DNA of 20,000 bases, from the IMG/VR virus record IMGVR_UViG_3300046500_000156. The stretch is one strand, 5' to 3'. The DNA is from an uncultured virus (IMG/VR IMGVR_UViG_3300046500_000156). Taxonomy: Duplodnaviria; Heunggongvirae; Uroviricota; Caudoviricetes; Schitoviridae. Under the pieces are notes generated by a model. It did not search any database. It was not told the DNA's origin and worked only from the letters and a program-made list of their open reading frames with translations. Within the stretch, counting starts at the first letter, position 1. Every line of letters begins with the position of its first letter. This document shows, piece by piece, positions 14,818-20,000 of the stretch. Both the position numbers and the translations under genes were made by a program.

Positions 14818-15975
14818 TTACGTCACGTCCTGAATGGTGAGGGATTCCCCGAAGGTGGGCTTGTGGCCCCGGCGTGATGGCAGCATCACCCAGAGCACCG
14901 GAATGTCCTCGATCCCTTCCTGGCTCATCGGGGCGCACTCCATGTCGGAGAAGATGATAGCCGCAGTTGGCTTTTCCTCCAAGATATGTCTATGGACACA
15001 CGCCAGAGACGTGCCTCCGCGGCCAGTGATTTCGAGCTTCTCGAACTCGTCATCCTCTTCCCACACGTCCGTGCGGCGGATTGACGTGTCAAACTGCACG
15101 ACCGTGAGCTTCTCCGGACGGAAGGTGTCTTTCACAAACTTGAGTTCGGATTTGAAGCGCACGATGGCCGGCATCTGGCACGAGCCTGACACGTCCATGT
15201 ACCAGGCGAGATTCTCCAGCCGGCCCATGTCCAGACGCCTCGACGGCAAATACATGTCGTCATAGCGGCGATTGGGCTTGGACCAGCTGTAATCCTCGTC
15301 GAGCAGTTGGGTGCACCAGCGCGAGAGGATCGACTGCCACGGAACCACGGGAGTGAGGTATTGCTCGATGAGCTCAGCCACGCCTCCGGGCACATTGCCG
15401 GCTCCGCTCATCTTGGCTTGCTGGACCGCGGTGACCACGGTGTTGATCACCTGTTGCTTCTTGTCCGGAGGTGGCGGATGCATGTCGGTGTGGTAGTTCG
15501 TTGGCGGCTTATGGCCGTTTTTGACAAGATCGTCATAAACGTCTTCTTCGGCCCAGCCCTTGTACTGGCGAGCGTTTAAATCCGGCCAACTGAGTACGCC
15601 TTGGATGTTATCGAACGTAAAGCCCTCTTCCTCAAGCGACAGGTCGATGATGATGTCGCAGGCAATGTTCCACAAAGCCGGGTCTCGGGATCCTCGGCGA
15701 AGCATGTGAAGACGCGCTACGTGCCAGAGTTCGTGCATCAGGTCCGTCTTTCGAGATGCCAAGGGCAAACTCAGAAAGTAGTCCGGGCTCCACCAGATGT
15801 GTATCCCGTCTGTACCGGCAGTGGGTAACGCCCGTGACCATACGAATTCCAGGCTTGACATCACTGAGCCAAGGAAGGCGGCGGTGCCCGAGTGCATGAA
15901 GACTTGCGCCTTCGTCTGATCGAGCAGCTTGTTCAGTGCTCGCAGATCGAGGGATGCCGGATCAGCTGGCTGCAT
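14818..15975 (-). CDS. HEXXH metallopeptidase-like plus vWA domain protein (N4 gp25-like)
   Basis: TAGTDG; HELWH; WNIACDIIID; PNRRY; MIDAS DVSGS; FDT; GRGGT; IFSD. Confidence 0.9.
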   Translation of the reverse strand: MQPADPASLDLRALNKLLDQTKAQVFMHSGTAAFLGSVMSSLEFVWSRALPTAGTDGIHIWWSPDYFLSLPLASRKTDLMHELWHVARLHMLRRGSRDPALWNIACDIIIDLSLEEEGFTFDNIQGVLSWPDLNARQYKGWAEEDVYDDLVKNGHKPPTNYHTDMHPPPPDKKQQVINTVVTAVQQAKMSGAGNVPGGVAELIEQYLTPVVPWQSILSRWCTQLLDEDYSWSKPNRRYDDMYLPSRRLDMGRLENLAWYMDVSGSCQMPAIVRFKSELKFVKDTFRPEKLTVVQFDTSIRRTDVWEEDDEFEKLEITGRGGTSLACVHRHILEEKPTAAIIFSDMECAPMSQEGIEDIPVLWVMLPSRRGHKPTFGESLTIQDVT

Positions 15976-16213
15976 GGCTCACCTCATTGGGAATGAAGTT
16001 GGCCGGCTCCGTGTTGAGCGAATGCAGCTCGATGGCCACCAGCCCGGCGTCCTTCTTCGCTGGCTTGAAGTAATCCATCGCCCGGCACTTGGCTGAGTAG
16101 AGCGAAGGGGCGAACACCACAACCGTCTTTCCCTTGAATAGGGACAAGTAGGTGTGGTCATTGTCCCCCTGCTCATTGATGAAGACAGGCCGGCGATCAT
16201 TGATGATGGGCAT
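15962..16213 (-). CDS. Hypothetical protein, 83 aa (MPIINDRR...)
   Basis: AAGGGA RBS upstream of ATG 16213. Confidence 0.75.
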   Translation of the reverse strand: MPIINDRRPVFINEQGDNDHTYLSLFKGKTVVVFAPSLYSAKCRAMDYFKPAKKDAGLVAIELHSLNTEPANFIPNEVSHAAS

Positions 16214-16385
16214 GGTTGTCCCTTGAAAGACGGATGCGGTAGCCAAACCCGATCTTCAGGTATCGGGTGTAGCCGTTGCGTTCGGAAAAGAGGGGCCGGT
16301 GACTCTTGATCTCGAAGACCCAGCGGCCCCAGCGAATCCAGCCATTTAGCTTCTGGCCGGGTTCCCGGTAGAAGGCGTGGGACAT
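16197..16385 (-). CDS. Hypothetical protein, 62 aa, basic and aromatic
   Basis: AAGGAGAGG RBS; PLFSERNGY segment. Confidence 0.75.
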   Translation of the reverse strand: MSHAFYREPGQKLNGWIRWGRWVFEIKSHRPLFSERNGYTRYLKIGFGYRIRLSRDNHAHHQ

Positions 16386-16480
16386 TGTTCCTCTCCTTGG
16401 CTCGATTTCGACGGGGCGTGATAGCCCATTGCCCTGAGCCAGAAACCCCAGAGCATCATGGTGTAGGTGGGTGCGAACAT
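16346..16480 (-). CDS. Possible small protein, 44 aa (MFAPTYTMMLWGFWLRAMG...)
   Basis: ATG lies 2 nt after the upstream stop (TGATCATG, a junction also seen near 130 and 16657). No clear RBS, and a 40-nt overlap with the next gene. Confidence 0.4.
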   Translation of the reverse strand: MFAPTYTMMLWGFWLRAMGYHAPSKSSQGEEQCPTPSTGNPARS

Positions 16481-16482
16481 GA

Positions 16483-16656
16483 TCAGGCGGGCTGGTAGAT
16501 GAAGATGACGGAGCGGTCTTCGACGCCAGTGAAGTGCGCCTGGTCGTCTTCGATCACGTTGAGAATGGCGAGCTCTTTTGCTTCGTCCTCGGTATCGGCT
16601 TCGACATCGAGGACGTGCTGGATGACTTCCTGCACGGTGACACGGTATTTGGCCAT
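16483..16656 (-). CDS. Small acidic protein, 57 aa, DpnD/PcfM-like pattern
   Basis: Manual translation MAKYRVTVQEVIQHVLDVEADTEDEAKELAILNVIEDDQAHFTGVEDRSVIFIYQPA; AAAGG RBS. Not in the ORF track. Confidence 0.75.
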   Translation of the reverse strand: MAKYRVTVQEVIQHVLDVEADTEDEAKELAILNVIEDDQAHFTGVEDRSVIFIYQPA

Positions 16657-16658
16657 GA

Positions 16659-16925
16659 TCAGCCTTTCGGAAGTAGTGCGGTGTCTTGCTCACCGCGAGA
16701 ACCGATCTTCAGCGTTTCGCTGCGGCCCCAGCAGTGTCCGTTGTCGACGAAACCTGCCGCTACCAGATCGCTCGGACGGCCCAGCACACGGCGAGTCCAG
16801 TCACGGCCATGGCCAAAGCGGATAGCAGCGAGTCCCTCGTAGAAACGGTCATGGTCGATCTCTTTGGGAAAGACGAAGATGGCTTCCTTCCCGCCCACTA
16901 TTGCGACGATGTATTTCATGTTCAT
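16659..16925 (-). CDS. Hypothetical protein, 88 aa
   Basis: ORF track; AAGGA RBS; ...AAGFV...CWGRSETL...SR..DT segment. Confidence 0.8.
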   Translation of the reverse strand: MNMKYIVAIVGGKEAIFVFPKEIDHDRFYEGLAAIRFGHGRDWTRRVLGRPSDLVAAGFVDNGHCWGRSETLKIGSRGEQDTALLPKG

Positions 16926-17074
16926 TCCTTGAATTGGTGGGGGCTTTCCACCCCCTCGCCGGGTTTGTGGACTGTTTTGCCGTCCATCGCTAAGGCAGGG
17001 CCATAACCCCCTGCGTGCTTACGCCTTTGGGTGCCCACCGGACGACCTGCACCATGTCTTAACCATCCAGGCAT
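16922..17074 (-). CDS. Possible hypothetical protein, 50 aa (MPGWLRHG...)
   Basis: Fills the gap after the ATPase and has an ATGA overlap with the next gene; weak RBS and atypical codons. Confidence 0.3.
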   Translation of the reverse strand: MPGWLRHGAGRPVGTQRRKHAGGYGPALAMDGKTVHKPGEGVESPHQFKE

Positions 17075-17097
17075 ACGGGCATGGCACAGCTTCTTGC

Positions 17098-18144
17098 TCA
17101 GGAATTGAGGTACTTCGACACTTCGGTCATACCCTTGGCGAACGCCGGGTGCTGACGCATATCCGGGTGACGGACCATCACGAAGCGGAAGAACAGGATG
17201 CGGAATGACAGGCCGAACTCTTCGCGGTTGACGTAGGTGCACACGTCATCGAAGTTCAGCGGATTGATGCTGTCCATCAGGTGGGCGATGGTGGCCCACT
17301 TGGACGAGGGAGAGGCCGGGATCGGCGTGCCCTTCGGATCACGCACCACCTGATCGATCTTCACCAGCTCCTTCCAGACCGCGGAGAAGGTGATGAACTC
17401 AGTGGCAATGCCCGAGGTGAGTGCACCGGTCAGGATCGGCGCCTTCTCCGTCAGGTCACCCTGGTAGTTGGGCAGCTGACACAGCTTGTTGACGAACTCC
17501 CAGGTACGCGGGCAGGCGAAGGTCTTCTCCGTGTGCGCCGGATTAAAGTCCATCAGCTTGCTCGGGAACTGCGACAGGAAACCGATGATGCGCGCATCGT
17601 AGTTTTCCTTGAACGCCACGTCATGCAGCCATTCCTCGAAGCTCACTTCGAGCTCCAGATGCACGACACGGGACTGCATCGCCGTGGAAATCTGGTTGAC
17701 GATGGCTCGGTCGGTAGCGAGGTTGCCAGCAGCGGTGATCACACACTGCTCGTGCAGAGGGAACTGGCCGACCATCTTGTCGAGGATCAGCTTGTAGGCG
17801 GCGGCCTGCACCGATTTGGCTGACGAATTGAATTCGTCAAGGAAAAGCATCCAGCCATCCCGTTGCTTGGGGAGCGGTGTGCTCTTGAGCGGAAAGAGAT
17901 CGGCGAACGGCGCGAAGCGAGCCTGCCCGTTCTCGTCGAAGCGAGGCAAGCCGGAGAGATCTTCAGGTGCGGAAGTCGAGAGCCGATGGTCGATGACCTG
18001 AAGGTTCAGATCCTTGGCCACCAGCTTCATGATGGAGCTTTTGCCGACACCGGGCGATGCGGTGACGAAGGGGACAAGCCCTGCGTACAGGGCATCGGTG
18101 ATGAATTGACGGAGTTGTCGGGGAGTGCAGCGGTATGCGTCCAT
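17098..18144 (-). CDS. MoxR/AAA_5-like AAA+ ATPase (N4 gp24-like), probable partner of the vWA protein
   Basis: Walker A ASPGVGKS; DHRLS...DLSGLP; Walker B LFLDEFNS; AAGN; SR finger; FACPRTWE. AAGGA RBS. Confidence 0.92.
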   Translation of the reverse strand: MDAYRCTPRQLRQFITDALYAGLVPFVTASPGVGKSSIMKLVAKDLNLQVIDHRLSTSAPEDLSGLPRFDENGQARFAPFADLFPLKSTPLPKQRDGWMLFLDEFNSSAKSVQAAAYKLILDKMVGQFPLHEQCVITAAGNLATDRAIVNQISTAMQSRVVHLELEVSFEEWLHDVAFKENYDARIIGFLSQFPSKLMDFNPAHTEKTFACPRTWEFVNKLCQLPNYQGDLTEKAPILTGALTSGIATEFITFSAVWKELVKIDQVVRDPKGTPIPASPSSKWATIAHLMDSINPLNFDDVCTYVNREEFGLSFRILFFRFVMVRHPDMRQHPAFAKGMTEVSKYLNS

Positions 18145-18158
18145 CTCTTCCTTGGTTC

Positions 18159-18812
18159 CTAGTTATTGACCTCCTTTTTCAGAACCTTGTCAGTATGGAG
18201 TTGCTGACACAGCTCATCAAAGCAGGCAAGCAGACTCTCCTGAGTCAGCTCGCGGAAGTCGTTGATCGTTTTCTCAGGCCGGCATTCAGAGATGCCGAAC
18301 CTGCCTCGGGCTTTCAGAACAACTGAATCCCCAAAAAACACAGGCATCAGCGGCGCAATGAGACGCGTATCCCGATGCTCGGTCACGGCCTCCAGCCACT
18401 GATCAGCCAGTTGATGCTGTTCGTTCGTCCAGCGCCACTCCGGGTGTTGAGCCAGGGTGGGACGATGAAAGAACGACACACTCAGGTTGTCCATGCAGGT
18501 GATTTCACCTTCACCCTGCGTGGACTGAATGAGATATTCCAGTCCGTTCTCGGTGACACGGATCCTTTTCAACCACGCCATGCGCCACTTCGGATCCCGG
18601 TGGTTCGAGATCAGCAGCAGATCACCTGGTCGCAGCACTTCCTTGTCATCGAGCAGCTCGATGGAGACAAAGCCCGCGTGCGTACCAAAGGTCCGCGGCC
18701 TATCCCCTGCTGCATTGAGTAGCCCATGAATACGGGACACACAGAAGTGCAGCAGGTAGTCGGTGATCTTCTGGTGGGCAATGTCGAAGTGCGTGCGTTG
18801 CAGGGTGGTCAT
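18159..18812 (-). CDS. Hypothetical protein, 217 aa
   Basis: ORF track; GAGGAG RBS. Confidence 0.8.
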   Translation of the reverse strand: MTTLQRTHFDIAHQKITDYLLHFCVSRIHGLLNAAGDRPRTFGTHAGFVSIELLDDKEVLRPGDLLLISNHRDPKWRMAWLKRIRVTENGLEYLIQSTQGEGEITCMDNLSVSFFHRPTLAQHPEWRWTNEQHQLADQWLEAVTEHRDTRLIAPLMPVFFGDSVVLKARGRFGISECRPEKTINDFRELTQESLLACFDELCQQLHTDKVLKKEVNN

Positions 18813-18886
18813 CTAAGGACTCCTCAAAGATATGGCGAAATAGTGCCATAGCAATGATCAGACCTCATGTGTGCAACCGCACGTAG

Positions 18887-19377
18887 TTATCCGCCCTGCT
18901 GCTCCTTGTCTTGCCTTGCTCGGTCGATGGCGGGCGGATTCGGAAGCGACATCCAGTGTGTCGGCGCTTCGTGGTGGTCATCGCAGACGTTCGACCATGA
19001 CCAACGGCTTTTATCGTGCTTATGGCGATAGCGGTATGCCATGTCAACGCCACCATCGTTCCAACCGATGAGCACCGATTCTCCGAAGCCGGGCAACCGC
19101 TCGCTTACGCTGATCCACTGGCTTGCATCATCCGGCGTGGGGTGGGGGTGAATAGCTCTTGCTTCATGCCTTGGAAAGCATTGAAGTCAGGCCGTTCGAC
19201 TTCATGCCAAGCGCCGTTGACGTACACCTGATAGATCGGCTCTTGCTTCCTCTCCGCCAATACGCGGGATTCGAGGGCGCGGGCGAAGGCGAGCAAAGAT
19301 TCGCCCGTAAAGCACCACTCTTTCGCGCCTCCGTGATCCTGCGTAGTGGCGAGTTGTTTGATTTCGTCGTTAGTCAT
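18887..19377 (-). pseudogene. Frameshifted DUF551-type gene (ORFs 19105-19377 and 18887-19096 are probably halves of one gene)
   Basis: Frame 1 ends ...KQELFTP. The -1 frame reads HPTPDDASQWISVSERLPGFGESVL...THWMSLPNPP and has no ATG/GTG/TTG upstream of the WISV motif. The junction lies in the C-runs at 19139-19148. Confidence 0.65.
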
Positions 19378-20000
19378 TTGCTCGCTCCCTTGGCCGAATC
19401 GATGAAAGTCCGAATGTCGCTTAGATCACCATCACCGCCGCGCATCAAGACGTGCCTCGTATAGCTGTTCAGCAGATCCACGCTCAAGTTACGACTGAGC
19501 CAAACGAGCCGCTCCGCATCAATCCTGTCTTGCTCTGCGGACTGGGCGAGAGGGGCGGAGATAGCATCTCCGATATTCCAGAGCATCATGCAGAAATTAG
19601 CCACGTCTCGCGGATCGCCCTTTTCAACGTGCTCCCGGAGCATTCGCGATAGAACTTCAGGCGGGCATTGCTCCCATCCGCCACGCCCATTAGCGCGTGC
19701 CGCCGCCATCTTTTCCTTCATGGCCTGCGCGAACCGATCTACTGCGTGATCGTCAGCATGTTCATCGGGGTCAACATACAAAACTTTGACGACCCCTACG
19801 CCTCTGTTGATCGAATCGGCGAGCGCCTTCTCGTGCGCCTCTTGCTTGTCGCTCGGATTGGCGAAATGAGCACGAATGCGTCCCACAAGGGAGAACGTCC
19901 CCGCATCATCCCCGATCGGTGCTCCGAGATCATCGAGCCACATGCGCACGCATCCCGCTTCTTCGGCCTCGGCATAGGCTTTTCTGGGATTGTGATATTC
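19374..20000 (-). CDS. Mosaic phage protein (5' end outside the window) with an AVDRFA..MKEK...GRGGW...KGDPRDVANFCMMLW module
   Basis: The frame is open to the window edge (EYHNPRKAYAEAEEAGCVRMW...), so the ORF-track start at 19949 is internal. ATGA overlap with the next gene. Confidence 0.75.
   Translation of the reverse strand, partial: EYHNPRKAYAEAEEAGCVRMWLDDLGAPIGDDAGTFSLVGRIRAHFANPSDKQEAHEKALADSINRGVGVVKVLYVDPDEHADDHAVDRFAQAMKEKMAAARANGRGGWEQCPPEVLSRMLREHVEKGDPRDVANFCMMLWNIGDAISAPLAQSAEQDRIDAERLVWLSRNLSVDLLNSYTRHVLMRGGDGDLSDIRTFIDSAKGASK

Larger units (their letters stand above)
1..20000 (-). other. N4-like (Schitoviridae-type) bacteriophage middle-gene region
   Basis: Gene order AAA ATPase, vWA, dcd, thyX, rIIA, rIIB, HTH, NTP-PPase, helicase, hypothetical, PolA on one strand with coupled starts and stops; no host housekeeping genes. 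Confidence 0.9.

Noticed and set aside
1..20000. CRISPR array, tRNA genes, integrase/att sites, transposases, introns or inteins, vRNAP hairpin promoters
   Set aside because: I saw no regularly spaced direct repeats, cloverleafs, recombinase motifs or intein termini. The polymerase and helicase are uninterrupted.

Overview
The window is a GC-rich stretch of a lytic N4-like (Schitoviridae-type) phage genome covering the middle (replication and nucleotide metabolism) region. Essentially all genes are on the minus strand. Read 5'->3' on that strand (right to left), the order is: mosaic accessory ORFs, MoxR-like AAA+ ATPase, small ORFs, HEXXH-metallopeptidase/vWA protein, dCTP deaminase, a cluster of micro-ORFs, ThyX, rIIA, rIIB, an HTH protein, MazG-like NTP pyrophosphohydrolase, Dda/RecD-like SF1 helicase, a hypothetical protein, family A DNA polymerase and two conserved hypotheticals. 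This matches the coliphage N4 gp24-gp41 order as I recall it. Several probable genes under 60 aa are missing from the supplied ORF track and were translated by hand. Three observations stand out. (1) A co-oriented bipartite motif, RYTAGA-N6-TTTGNGG, occurs in six copies, all at gene boundaries, and is a candidate phage RNAP II middle promoter. (2) A ~330-nt unit at 13748-14086 has a motif copy, a 42-aa membrane peptide ORF, a multi-helix RNA structure and a terminator with a possible antiterminator. (3) A DUF551-type gene is apparently split by a -1 frameshift in a C-run. All calls come from reading the sequence; no database searches or folding programs were run.
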